64,000 nt of DNA, taken from NCBI RefSeq assembly GCF_037042905.1, contig NC_087245.1, positions 24,740,001 through 24,804,000 on the forward strand. Reading direction: 5' to 3'. Made by a program: the position numbers and the translations under genes. Shown in pieces: positions 53,801 to 63,538 of the stretch (the first letter of the stretch is position 1; each line of letters begins with the position of its first letter). A model generated the notes under the pieces. It saw nothing but the letters and a program-made list of their open reading frames with translations, was not told the origin of the DNA and searched no databases. Source of the stretch: Lytechinus pictus (taxonomy: Eukaryota).

Positions 53801-56800
53801 CTTGCCTTCCCTTGCCATAAGTCAGTTTATTGAAGAATAGCGATTCTACTGCATGATGCCTGTATACCATTTACCTTGAGTTTTGATGAATGAATGATTA
53901 TCACCTACCTCACACCTCTACTCTCACCAAAGCATGGCTCTTTCTCATTCCTTATCACGTATGTATATACTGTGTCATCTTCATTCTATGATTAATCTAT
54001 AATTTGTGCTGAATTTGTCGCTAACATGTAAAGATGTGTTTATGAAAATGTTAATCAAGTTTCCCTTTGAATTTCATGAAACAATTGGATATCTCCTATA
54101 TCCCCCACCCGAAGTGATGTGTTGAAAGATAACACTACCGTCTTACCCACAACGTTATACTATAAGTGATGAGGGAAAGTGATGGGGAAAATAATAAGCC
54201 ATTGAAATAGAATTTTTTTCAGGAAAAAGTACTTTTAGATAACAATCGATAAGAATAGTAAACGTGTTATTGATTTATTGCTTTCCAAAGAGTTTTCAAA
54301 ATTTTCCAAAGAAATAAATAAAAAAAAAAAAAAATGTAGTATAACTCAGAAAGCTATATAGCATTATAAAACAGTTTATTAAAAAAAAAACATACATCAG
54401 ATCATAATTAAAAACACTTTAATAACGTGGATCTAAACGTAATACTTCTGAAAATTTTCTATTAGATCGGAACTCAATGTAAATGTAGTTTCTTGCATGG
54501 TAATTAATCCTCAATAATTCTTTCTCTTTCAGTTGATATCAGATGCAATGGTATGACGAGAAGAAAGAATGGATACATTGATCAGATAAGCAGATCTACT
54601 GGTGGTGACTCGTGTACTGCTGTGATTGTAGCTCCTGTTCATAAAGATCTTATTTTCACCATTAAACAGATGTATATAGACTGTGATGCAGGTTAGTAAC
54701 CCCTTTCTTCCCCTTCAAGTACTCTAGTAAATAGGTCTGTTCTCGGCGGGGTAAGACTCAATGAAAAATAGGTGCAGAGAGTTGACAAAAATCGTTCAAT
54801 CTTAAACAGCCATTTTTTTAATTAAAATGCAACTGTGATGAAATCGGAAAAAACTGCATATATTTATTAGTAAAACATGCTATATGATTTTTAATGTTAT
54901 TGTTTATCTCTCCGGCTCCGTAATCATCGACGGGAAAATGAATTCGAGTGTGTTCAACACACGAAATATTTATCGGGATATTCGATTATAAGCTGCTATG
55001 TAAATTACATCCTTTATTGTATGTGTTAACGAATAAATGAAAACAAATTGATAGCGGTGCTGTGCCTCAGTGGATATATCTCCGTACTTTGAACCACAAG
55101 GTCCGGGATTCGAGGCCCATCAAAACACTCGAGGCTTTGGCAAGGCGTTTATCTACATGTTCCACTCTTCACCCAGGTGTAGTAAATGGGTACCCGATAT
55201 GAGAAAAAATCCTAGAATGCCCGAGCTTCCGATCAGGGTCGCCGTGCAAAAACCTGGGTAATAGTATATGCAGCGCTTAGAAACATTGTGTTAAGCTTTA
55301 TATTATTTGTTACTCTTCTTATTATTAGTAGTAGTATTGTTGTTCTTGTTGTTGTTTTGTTATCATCATTTCCCCTCTGTGTCACTGTATTGTATTGAAC
55401 AAAATTGCTGGGGTGTCTTTTCTACTTTTGAAGGGTAACTAACCAGACACACTACCAATTTTACATAAACTTGACTTTTCAGTACCTCATTTAACATGTT
55501 GTTTCTTGATCAGACTTCTTTATATTTTAGTAAATATGTGTTTATACCTGCAGTTATGCCATTACTTCATGAAGCTTATATCTCATTATATAATTTTGTA
55601 AATAGTGGAATGAGCAATAAAACACACTAAATCCTTTAAAATTCCTAAGTAAAATTATTACACTAAACTAGTTAAATTGTGTTTATTGATCAACAGCACA
55701 TTACTCAAAAACAGATGATAGCTTTTTCTTATTATAATGATATATGAAAGTCGCCTGAATAGTCTTTTATTTTGTTTCTTATATATTATTTTTCTTTAGG
55801 TGAATCATTAGAAATAAGAATAGGGGAGGAAAGAAGGAGATTTTGTGGTAAACAACACCAAGTCACTATGAAAACAGAGAGTAATGTGATAGCGATAGAA
55901 CATAAAACACATAAACAAGGACATGGATATCAACTTCTTTATCATTCAAGAAAGAGTCGACATAAAAATGGTAAGTATATTGGCAGTATTTTTTATCTTG
56001 AAACTGTTGTTTTTATGTGTAGGTTTTACTTCCCTCCGTCAGTAGTGTGAACAAGCAAAATAATCTCCTAAAAAGTGCATTATTCCTTACGTTATATTTT
56101 TCATAGAATGACCCGAAAAGAACGTTTTAAACTGTTTTACATGCAGGCAAGTTGAGATATTTGCATGCAGGAACTCCTGATATAATTATGTTTGTTAATA
56201 ATCAAATGATGCGATCGCGAAGAGTGAACTTGCCATGTAGGAAAATGGGAAGAGGATACTTATATCAGTAAGTAAATAGTACGAGAGCGAAGTGCGAGCT
56301 CAAATCTTTCGGAGATTAAGAGCCGAAACTTGGACATTTGAATTAGCTCTATTTGTATTCATGAACAAGATGTATATCTCAATTATACAAGATGTATATC
56401 TCAATTAACAAAATAACGAAAGCTCCGAGCGCGAGCAGATCCGTCCCTTTTTTTTTTCCTTTATTTTTGCACCGTCAATATGGAGAGCTGGCCGCTTCGA
56501 TTCCCCACTGATCTGCCTTCTGCCTGTACAGAGTACAGTCCTCGGTCATTTTCACAACTACAAGACACAACATTACTCGATAGCCTATTCAAACAAAAAT
56601 ACGTTATTCATTTATTCGTTTTAGTAATTCTGAGATACATTTTTTATTTTTCTTTTGCAGACTGTGATCAACTAATAACAGATAGAAAGACTATCGTTAC
56701 GAGTCCAGAGTGGCCTTCTAAGTACCCAAGTAATATGAATTGTACCTATCGGTTTATAGGGGATCCCGGTAAGAGGATTACACTCAGGGTTAAAGTATTC

Positions 56801-57547
56801 AAACTTCAAGGAAAGGAACCAAGATGTAAACATGATAAATTAGAGGTGAGGAGCTGATTTTCTTGAAAATAATTGTTGATTTATAGATTTGTTTGGAGTT
56901 TTCAATAGAATTATTTAATTGCTGTTGAGAAGAATAGTTTAATTTCAGTTGTTTCCTTTTTACATTCACTTTTCGTAAATTCCCATGTACAGGACATATA
57001 TACACTTACCCCCCCCCCCACACACACACACACACAACACACACACACCCGTACCCTCACACATACAAACACAAATTTGATTCTTCTATTTCCTCTCTTC
57101 GCTTCCCCTATCAGATATCCCCTGCATGCTATAAAGAAAAAAAAACACCTAACCTTGATGATTAGCACTTCAATCAAATGCTTTGAAAATCTGTCATTCA
57201 CTTTCAATGTCAATTTTTCAGTTTTTATTTTCCACAATTCAATCGAAAGCGATATTCTGGGAGAAAAAAACATTCAAAACAGTAAAATGCCAGGATAAAA
57301 ATAATATACATGTATCTGAAATATAAAAAATACCAAATAATCTTACTATATTAATTTTGACCATTCATTTCTCCATTTCTTATTCTTTTAGATGTTGGAT
57401 CTATTAACGGGTGAGAAGGTAGCACGATGTGGATCATCGCCTTCCAAATACAGCCTGCGATTGTCGGGATACGATGGATTAATGCGATTTATTTCAGACG
57501 AAACTGTACAGCTGGCTGGATTCAAAATAATCGTATATATCAAATAA
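17794..57547 (+). CDS. Multi-exon ADAMTS-family metalloprotease with two C-terminal CUB domains (ADAMTS13-like architecture); about 1201 aa without the mucin exon, about 1425 aa with it
   Basis: 26 exons joined at GT-AG sites with matching phases and no in-frame stops. Prodomain, HExxHxxNxxHD zinc motif, Met-turn, WSxW...CSRSCG TSR, Cys-rich, spacer and CUB motifs are recognisable. The first two exons are the least certain. Orthology not tested. Confidence 0.93.
18544..18645. mobile_element. Small Tc1/mariner-type MITE
   Basis: TA-CAGT...ACTG-TA ends; AAACCGACTCCA / TGGAGTCGGTTT inverted repeat. Confidence 0.65.
19901..19953 (+). CDS. Putative exon 2, end of signal peptide (GLILNSCSSFLYASSINL)
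   Basis: Strong donor CTG|GTAAGA, phase 0 into exon 3; the acceptor (taag) is weak and an alternative acceptor ends at 19925. Confidence 0.5.
20509..20569 (+). CDS. Exon 3, prodomain N-terminus (RQIDLSEEEINVYTNHQHIE)
   Basis: cttttcag acceptor, AAG|GTACGT donor; phase 1 joins exon 4 to give EDYDFISP. Confidence 0.75.
20862..21102. mobile_element. MITE with about 48-bp TIRs and TA flanks
   Basis: TCCGGTGTTGATTTAACACCAGCCGGGAATCTATAT and its exact reverse complement. Confidence 0.85.
22198..22493 (+). CDS. Exon 4, M12B prodomain (DYDFISP...FNAFGDAFHLKLEKN...CHYYG...ASISTCKGL)
   Basis: Typical ADAM/ADAMTS propeptide motifs; cttacag acceptor, TTG|GTAAGA donor. Confidence 0.95.
27008..27206 (+). 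CDS. Exon 5, prodomain (TGVISHGNSEFYIKPL...RIKR...HIIYRRRFRR...FCASED)
   Basis: Prodomain motifs YIxPL and HIIY; consensus splice sites, phase 0/1. Confidence 0.93.
27772..27890 (+). mobile_element. tRNA-derived SINE fragment
   Basis: TAGCTCAGTCA.TAGAGC A-box-like, GGTTCGATTCCC B-box, no acceptor-stem closure. Confidence 0.7.
30076..30794. mobile_element. piggyBac-like non-autonomous element
   Basis: TTAA-CCCTAAGACT...AGTCTTTTTAGGG-TTAA. Confidence 0.8.
32352..33640. mobile_element. hAT-like non-autonomous element with internal ~120-bp degenerate tandem repeats and a nested MITE (33335-33574)
   Basis: Perfect 8-bp TSD TATGAGTC (32344-32351, 33641-33648); CAG...CTG ends. Confidence 0.8.
34332..34709. 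mobile_element. TTAA-flanked MITE (Kolobok-like)
   Basis: TTAA-AGTGATTGGTTAAC...GTTAAACAATACCT-TTAA imperfect TIR. Confidence 0.6.
35844..36425. mobile_element. TTAA-flanked MITE with about 190-bp TIRs (Kolobok-like)
   Basis: TTAA-AGGGATGGTCCGGGCTGAAA...TTTCAGCCCGGACCATCCCT-TTAA. Confidence 0.9.
36768..36946 (+). CDS. Exon 6, start of catalytic domain (QKYLEFMVMIDKSMVEFHGDDAINYTMTLMNI)
   Basis: Reprolysin domain N-terminal motif; acttcag acceptor, GTAAGT donor, phase 1/0. Confidence 0.95.
37361..37450 (+). CDS. Exon 7, catalytic domain (VSRRFAEPSLGVSMRVAITKFIILDTDTPM)
   Basis: ADAMTS FxxPSLG motif; tttgcag acceptor, GTAAGT donor. Confidence 0.95.
40109..40257 (+). CDS. Exon 8, catalytic domain (LEEFCRWQ...DAHPEHWDIATLITR)
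   Basis: ADAMTS FCxWQ and HxDxAxLxTR motifs; phase 0/2. Confidence 0.96.
40283..40836. mobile_element. Degenerate copy of the 1026-1609 MITE family
   Basis: Shares CAATGCGA.CAAGATCT.TGATGTCAC and ATCTTGGTCGCATTGCCA blocks and terminal sequences. Confidence 0.75.
41151..41306 (+). CDS. Exon 9, catalytic domain up to AHETGH
   Basis: KDL...LGRAYIGTTC...CSVNQDDGL...VIAHETGH; phase 2/2. Confidence 0.97.
41694..43068 (+). mobile_element. Helentron-associated (HINE/DINE-1-like) element with internal tandem array
   Basis: Starts in a T-run; subterminal inverted repeats GTCTCGCCTGCAT / ATGCAGGCGAGAC; 5' hairpin; (GGC)n; 192/163-bp repeats; ends CTTGTT. Confidence 0.8.
43142..43273 (+). CDS. Exon 10, rest of zinc motif and Met-turn (NLNLHHD...HVMS...FKWSLCS)
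   Basis: Completes HETGHNLNLHHD; WSxCS motif; phase 2/2. Confidence 0.97.
44047..44200 (+). CDS. Exon 11, end of catalytic domain and start of disintegrin-like domain (CLNDAP...LPGQRYSLPAQCQLAYG)
   Basis: ADAMTS LPGxxYSxxxQC motif; phase 2/0. Confidence 0.96.
44575..44664 (+). CDS. Exon 12, disintegrin-like domain (VCGSLGC...EGTTCRPDK)
   Basis: CxxLxC...EGTxC pattern; tandem aagcag acceptor allows a start at 44572. Confidence 0.93.
44949..45121 (+). mobile_element. SINE with 7SL/Alu-like head, 12-bp TSD
   Basis: TSD CATGTTAAGAAT (44937-44948, 45122-45133); head GGGCGTTGTGGCGTGCGCCTGTAATCCAAGCTATGTCGGGA; B-box GGTTCGAGCCC; short CA tail. Confidence 0.85.
45302..45517 (+). CDS. Exon 13, central TSR (WCVSGKCV...VDGGWSEW...CSRSCGTG...CNNPTPVYGGLACQG)
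   Basis: Canonical thrombospondin type-1 repeat; phase 0/0. Confidence 0.97.
45992..46109 (+). CDS. Exon 14, Cys-rich domain (SCHNVTLDDYKNEQC...YTWRAF)
   Basis: ADAMTS Cys-rich motif; phase 0/1. Confidence 0.95.
46986..47134 (+). CDS. Exon 15, Cys-rich domain (CKLQC...DGTLC...CVDGICK)
   Basis: CxLxC, DGTxC and CVxGxC motifs; phase 1/0. Confidence 0.96.
47622..47745 (+). CDS. Exon 16, end of Cys-rich domain (FGCDGVMGSGRIKDVCSKCDGSGRTC)
   Basis: GCDxxxGS...DxCxxCxG motif; phase 0/1. Confidence 0.96.
48652..48732 (+). CDS. Exon 17, spacer domain (DFKTFLQIPVNSTGIKITNQNLRYTHM)
   Basis: Spacer IP...I.I pattern; tttcag acceptor, GTGAGT donor, phase 1/1. Confidence 0.92.
48823..48994. mobile_element. 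MITE with CAGGGGCCGCGGAAC TIRs and 5-bp TSD (hAT5-like)
   Basis: Perfect 15-bp TIR; TCACC on both sides. Confidence 0.85.
49425..49575. mobile_element. Second, more diverged copy of the same MITE
   Basis: Same TIR and body; flanks TTCTG / ATCTG. Confidence 0.8.
49678..49945 (+). CDS. Exon 18, spacer domain (...GPTTAVLDVSVIL...PDITWEYY)
   Basis: Cys-free spacer with GPT and PxIxxEY motifs; the TA|GTAAGT donor removes the apparent stop codon. Confidence 0.94.
50493..50571 (+). CDS. Exon 19, distal TSR 1, first half (YWQHETVSGCSVTCGGGIKSRRVFCVE)
   Basis: CSVTCGGG motif; phase 2/0. Confidence 0.95.
51198..51326 (+). CDS. Exon 20, end of distal TSR 1 and start of TSR 2 (CDPSKRP...CSNQPCP..WVVGQWS)
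   Basis: TSR motifs; phase 0/0. Confidence 0.95.
52049..52211 (+). CDS. Exon 21, distal TSR 2 (CSATCDVGRRKRAMAC...CVEAPCP)
   Basis: TSR motifs; donor ATG|GTATTA, phase 0/1. Confidence 0.93.
52773..53680 (+). CDS. Exon 22, Ser/Thr-rich mucin-like exon; internal phase-1 donor after 53444, or read-through to a hydrophobic C-terminus and stop at 53680
   Basis: atccag acceptor in phase with exon 21; 302 open codons, strongly S/T/P-biased; CATG|GTAACC donor; tail VSYIFLRVIVVAWIVLVLQSLPLLEIH*. Confidence 0.8.
54533..54691 (+). CDS. Exon 23, CUB1 first half (CNGMTRRKNGYI...CTAVIVAP...IDCD)
   Basis: Divergent CUB pattern; long polypyrimidine acceptor; phase 1/1. Confidence 0.85.
55054..55305 (+). 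mobile_element. tRNA-derived CORE-like SINE (related to 15242-15505)
   Basis: GATTCGAGGCC B-box-like; TTTGGCAAGGCG...CACCCAGGTGTAGTAAATGGGTACC. Confidence 0.7.
55800..55970 (+). CDS. Exon 24, CUB1 second half (ESLEI...RFCG...SNVIAIEH...GYQLLY)
   Basis: CUB C-terminal pattern; phase 1/1. Confidence 0.9.
56661..56845 (+). CDS. Exon 25, CUB2 first half (CDQLI...VTSPEWPSKYPSNMNCTYRF...CKHDKLE)
   Basis: Canonical CUB SPxxPxxYPxNxxCxY motif; phase 1/0. Confidence 0.96.
57392..57547 (+). CDS. Exon 26, terminal, CUB2 second half (RCG...MRFISDETVQLAGFKIIVYIK*)
   Basis: CUB FxSD...GF motif; TAA stop at 57545-57547. Confidence 0.93.
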   Translation: MLDLLTGEKVARCGSSPSKYSLRLSGYDGLMRFISDETVQLAGFKIIVYIK

Positions 57548-58838
57548 AATCAGGTTAAACCAAATTATTGATTCACTCGATGTATATGCCATACATCCTC
57601 ACAGTAGAACAAATGTTTTATTCTGTTTTTGTGAAAATCCTCGAAAACCCCCTCTAAATTTAGACTTGTAAGATTAACAGGGAATCTGTATTATGGTTGT
57701 CACATATTAACATGATTAATGTTTTAGCCAGCGTACGCCAACGTATAGGCTATGGCGAGCCGTTTTCTTAATCTTGGTTCTTGATGTCAAGAATTGCTTT
57801 TGTTCACGACTCAAAATAATTTAATCATATGAATAATTTGAAATTCTTGATATTTCATGTTATTGATAAAATACTTTTCTATGAAGAAATGTAATTTAAG
57901 GGAAAAATACTTCCTACCTTCGTCGACATATGCTCATTTGCTGTCTAAAACATCCAGTTGGGACCGCCCCCAAATTCTACTAGCCAGTAGAAACGATCCC
58001 GCAAGGTATTTTGGGTAATTACATTCAGGTTAAGATTAAGATTCATAGTGATCAATATCGAACCAACTATATATTTCTTAATGGTAGCCGTAAAATATTC
58101 GATCGGTTCATAATTTTGATGATATATGTTGCTCCAATGAAAAAGTTCATATTGATTAAGGTTTTCCCGCTCAATTTGAAGTTCTATCATTCAATTTTAA
58201 TATTGCACAGAGCGAATTCAAGAAAGCTTTTATCAATAGGGTCATTCAACTTTTCATTATTTGTCATTCTTGTGAGCATTTTATTAACTTTTTTGTCGGA
58301 CAACTTTTCTGGATTTTGATTGGCCAAGAAGCACAGTCCCTATGGTAACTGTCGGATAAAACAGGTTTTTTGAGCAAAAATGATCCCAGATGTAGATAGA
58401 AATTACCCTACATACTGTTAGGAAAATCTGCTCATTGGTAATTTTTCATTCATTTTCGTATAATCATAACTGGTTTTAAACTGAAGCGCATCTATATAAA
58501 CCTATTTACCTCAGCTTAAACTCGAGCTGCCATTTAATTCAATCGATCAGTGTATTCAAAGAATAATAATGCTATGTACCCATTCACCTCACATGGGTCG
58601 AGTGCAGCAATAGAGAAATTTACCTGAAAAGTGATATTGATTGAGACTTTTTTTTAAAGTTAAATGTTAAAAACTTTTTTTTTCATACAGAAAGTTCATC
58701 ATACTCAATAACATGCTATAATGAAATAATTTGCAAGAGATGTGGCCTGCTCGTAAGGGCGATCCGAGGAAATTTGGAGGGGTCGGTAATTTTCCGTTAC
58801 AAATTCATGGTGCGTGCCGGCCCGTTTTATCAAACAGT

Positions 58839-59054
58839 CATGGTTGCACGCAGGGGGGGGGGGAGAAACGTGTACATTTTTTTAAGAAACTCAAGAGCGA
58901 GGGAGCGAAGCGACTGAGCTTGTCATGGGTTTGCCTTTGCATTTTCGTAAGCGAAATTGAAGAGTTTGTGCACACTTTTGGTAAATTTAGTGAAAATTTT
59001 TAATAAAAATATGTTAGTTTTCAAAGTTTCGGGGGGGGGCTGCGTATGGCCATA
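58839..59054. mobile_element. hAT-like MITE, same family as 33335-33574 in opposite orientation
   Basis: Perfect 8-bp TSD CAAACAGT; body is the reverse complement of the nested copy. Confidence 0.8.
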
Positions 59055-59136
59055 CAAACAGTGCATCAAATTTAGTAGCAATGCAGGCATATCGAGTATC
59101 CACATTATCACGCCAATACACATGGAAAATGTCTTA

Positions 59137-59602
59137 TATGCTTTTCACACTGTATTTCCTTAACCCCAACTATCCTTAACCCCGGACTATCTTTTTTTTG
59201 CTCTCACTGTCTTTCTTAACCCCATACTATATGCTTAGCCGGGGTTAACGGCTTAACCCTGGAATATCACACAGCTCATGAATATTGATTATTTTACCAT
59301 ACAGAGTGCGAATAACGTGCAATTCGACTTCTGTGATTGGCTAATGCTATTGCCCCACTTATCCTAGCCCAGTTTCGTTTCACACTGCAATTGTGCTAGC
59401 ACCACAATAAGTTGGCTAACCCTGTTTTGGGGCAGGGCCAGATAGTACCGTACTGTTTACCGTGCTAGCCCACTTTGCTAAAACGTAGTGTGAAAACAAA
59501 GTTGGCTGAGCTTAACCCCGGGAAATTGGTGGGGCTAAGATCTCCCCTTAGCCTCAACAATTTCCCAGGGTTAAAGAAAAAAAGTGCAGTGTGAAAAGCA
59601 TA
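59137..59602. mobile_element. MITE, possibly PIF/Harbinger-like
   Basis: TATGCTTTTCACACTG / CAGTGTGAAAAGCATA TIR; internal TTAACCCC repeats. Confidence 0.7.
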
Positions 59603-59842
59603 TATTATTAGAGTAACAACCCTATTGTGCAAATTTCATACTTTGTCATTTATCAATATCACTTTTCCCGTGCGACTTGAAAACGGCACGTACGTTAAAA
59701 CAGTTTTATTCTATTTCAGATGTTTTTGTTTGATATATATTTATTGTTTCAAGCTGATGTTACTTGCTTTCAGAACGATTAAAGTTTATTTTTTCTGATA
59801 TCGATTTTTTGTGTATTTGATTTTCAAGTATATAATGCTCTC

Positions 59843-60076
59843 CAGGGGCGGATCTAGCTTTTTTCCAAGAAGGGGATTTGATCGAGACATTTGACAAGCA
59901 AAAAAGAGGGGAGGGGGGGCTTCACTACAAATGAAGGTAATTTTGGTACCGGAAAATTTGTCAAGCAAAAAAAAAAGGGTTTACTATAGAATGAAGGTAG
60001 TTTGGGGTTGGCTCCAAAATGTAGGTCATTACTTTTTTTCTCTTAGCAGCCCCTCCTCTTGTCAGATCCGCCACTG
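59843..60076. mobile_element. hAT-like MITE
   Basis: CAGGGGCGGATCT...AGATCCGCCACTG ends. Confidence 0.65.
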
Positions 60077-62454
60077 CTATCAATAAATAAATAGTTATCG
60101 TTGTTGCCGGTTTTAATGGTCTTTATAAAGTAGGCCTGCATATTGGTTTTGATGAAAATAGAAAATGAGAGAAACCTATCAACGAAAGAAAATATAATAT
60201 TGTTGTTCGGCAAGAAGCTACCTCATCGTTGTCCACTTTCTTTATAACACAACCCCCATCATCACCCTAAAAAGTTTAGCGCCATCTCTACATTTTATTA
60301 TTCTAATGTACATTTAAAAGGGCGGCACCATTCAATTTTGTTCGGGCGGCTAACACGTCTGAATGACATCTTTTCTTAACAAGATATGGTGCAACACACT
60401 GTGCGATTTCCAGTTCGATTTTGGGTGTTAGAAGCACAAGATTTCCTTTCATTGTTTCAACATTTATTAATCTGAATCAATAACAATGATCAAAGAAGAA
60501 AAATTATTTCATTTCAAAAAATTAAACTCGGTAATGATTTCAATGTTGACACCTCCAAGAACAGACCCCCCCCCCAAAAAAAAAAAGAGAGAGAGAGAGA
60601 GAGAAAGAGAAGGGAAACGGATGAGAGGAATGGAAAAGAGATAGAAAAAAGAAGAAAAATAAAGGATAAGGGAAATTAACAGAAGGTAAAGAGGAAAAGA
60701 ATGAAAAGCGAAGAAAGGGGAAGGAAAATAAAAATAGAGAGAGGATGAAACAAAGTGGAGAAGGGAATAAAAATAAAAGAAAAGGACAGGGAACTTGGGG
60801 ACACTACTTGAAAAATCAAAGGGGGCAGTATTTGACTATTCGCTCCGATCGTAGCGGCGCCCCTGGTCATAGGTGTGAAAAATATTTATTTTGTGCATGG
60901 AAGCACCTGAACATTTTAACTTATGGAAAAGCCGTTATGTCATTTTAATGCAATTTCTTGACATCAAGCACTCCATTCTTCATATCAAGAAATGCATTTT
61001 TCTTAATAACAAAATCAAGAAATCACATTATCTGTGGCTAAAATGAAGGTGAAGAGGGGGAATATACTTATTCATTGTGATGATTGACAGTGGTCACAGT
61101 CACAGTGGGTTTTAGCAGTTTATAATACATACTCAACATGCAAAAGCTTGCCGAAGGGGGGGGGGCGAATATCTGAAGCAGTTAACAATAACATGAATTT
61201 TGTACAACATTGGCCGCAAGTGGGCGGCATCATCCGGTGGAGAATGAACACTGATGAATGAAGCGGGGTGCAGGGAAGCCTTGGCATATACAAAAAAAAA
61301 GGAAAGTGAATGTGAAAAGTGGGAAAATAAAATAAAATAATAGAGCATAAGCGAATTAGAAACATGACTTTTTAGGACTATCAATTTCATTTTGGGAGGA
61401 GGGTTCGCGAGCATCCCCCAGAAACTTTTTGTTTACTTGTCTCAATTCCTGACAGGATAATGTCGACCAATGCCGGCTGCACAGAAACGTTCGCCTAACA
61501 GAGCTTTAACAGTATTTAGCCATTGTTGTAACATTAGGCATCACTGCCACATTACCGGTTGTAACAGTGCCTCTGTTAGCGCTAATGTTTCTGTGCGGTC
61601 AGTAAACGTTTGTCTGGGTAATTTTTGTTTATTTTTATTTTTTTATTCTTTTTATTTTGTATTTCTAATTTTTTTTTTTTTTTTGGGGGGGGGGGCTTGT
61701 CGCATTTTCTGAGAGATTATTTTTACCACTTTTTTTACTTCATAACCGTTCGTTTTGCTTTCTCTCTCCTTGTCAGATTTTCCAGGAGCAAAGTGGGTGC
61801 TATACGACACGTTCCCCGCCCCTCTTCCCATTTACTTACCTGTACATGGAGAGGGGCTTTTTTCGTTCTTTTTGCAACCATTTGGGAGCCCCTGAATCCG
61901 CTTATGTCTTTCCATTCCCCTTTTTTTCCTTTATATTAGGAGGCAATAACTTTTAGGCTCTGAAGGAGCAAATTTTGCGAAAAAATGCACCTGACATTTT
62001 TTCTATTTCGAGCTCTCCTTTTCGGTCCTTTAGTTTCGCTTTTATTTCTTTCTCTCCCCCCCCCCTCTCTCTCTCTCTCTCTCTTTCTTTTTTCCCTCTT
62101 TCTTTCTTTTTTTCTTTCTCTCTTCATTCTTTCTCCCTTACTTTTTTTATTCATATTCTTTTATTTATGGTCACTGTATTCTTATTACCTAATTTCCTTT
62201 CTCTTTTCTATTTTCCTTTATCATGAGTATGTTCTCTTCATTTTCCTTACTTTTTCTACTTTTTTCCCTTCTCTTCCACCTTTTTGATGGGTGCCAAGCC
62301 CCCTGCACTTCCGTGTCGGCCCATGATGCAGCACCGTTAGATGAGGTTTCATAAAACTGTTCGTATACATATGAATTATGAAGGGTGAAAGGCCAAAAAA
62401 AAATCCTAACACTACACAAACTATTACACTGTACATGAATTTAATGGTTTATTT

Positions 62455-63538
62455 CAGTCAGACCGCAGGTCCCTATGCTAATGAGCAAAAAGGCCAGATT
62501 CATCCAAATCATCTCGTGGCTGAATCCTCCTCCTTGCAAAATCTCGTGATTCGTGAGATTTTCTTTCTCTAAGAATTTACCTGTTTTAACCTCAAGTTAA
62601 ATGAAATATTATTGCACCATCAGATAGAGTAAATGTTACTCTTTCATATTGGTCATTTATTTTGTATACAATATTTTGTTAAATAAGTAAATTTCTGGCC
62701 TGAAAATGTGCCTCAAAACTGAATTGTTTTCCTCTGTTTTCTTTTGCAAATTGTGCAAAACTTTTTATTTTGAGCCTCAATGATATCTATATCACCATAA
62801 AGCTGAACATCTGTACTTTCTCACAATGCCACTCTTGATATGCAGCACCTTTTAATCGGGTCAAGATCACACTTTTCCCACCAAGGTACAAGACGAGATT
62901 TCTGAAATTTTGTACTTGCATGAAATCCAGAGTTCTGATTGGCTGGATAAGGTTCACAGAACAACAGGCGCGGGGTATTTGAGGAGATTACCACATGGGA
63001 AGTGTGACCTTCCCATGAACCCAGGCACTGGAACCGTTGGAATTTGCCAATGGGTGGTCTCTTTGACCAATCAGTGTGCAGCATTCTTGTTTTCAAGCTG
63101 CTTTATGTACTTGGCAAATGAAAAATGTGATCTTGACCCGATTAAACCAGTTCTTATTTTGAAACCTATATCATTTTAAAGCATACATATTCAGCTTTAT
63201 CATGATTTAAAAATCATTTGGGCTCAAACAAAAATAAAGTGTAAAAATAGCAGCTTTTGTCAGGTGAAAATAATTATTTTGTAGCATATTTTAGATCAAA
63301 ATTTTAACCTATATTACAAAATCTTTGAATGAATTCAAACACATGACCTGAAAGAATGATTCTTCTTCTTTACAATGATACCAAAGTTATTAAATTCGAT
63401 GCACAATTAGAGCAGCAATGACCGAATGAAAAGAGGTGTTTTGGTCCGCATCAAGCTCATTAAATATGCAAAACATCTCAAGTCATGAATATCACTTGGA
63501 TGAAAGAAGCCACTTTCTTGGGACCTGCCGACTGACTG
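62455..63538. mobile_element. Non-autonomous DNA transposon with 8-bp TSD
   Basis: CAGTCAGACCGCAGGTCCC / GGGACCTGCCGACTGACTG TIR; flanks GTTTATTT / ATTTATTT; inner inverted repeat AATCGGGTCAAGATCACA. Confidence 0.75.

Noticed and set aside
60570..62290. Lys/Arg-rich and Phe/Leu-rich ORFs
   Set aside because: Purine- and pyrimidine-rich low-complexity tracts.
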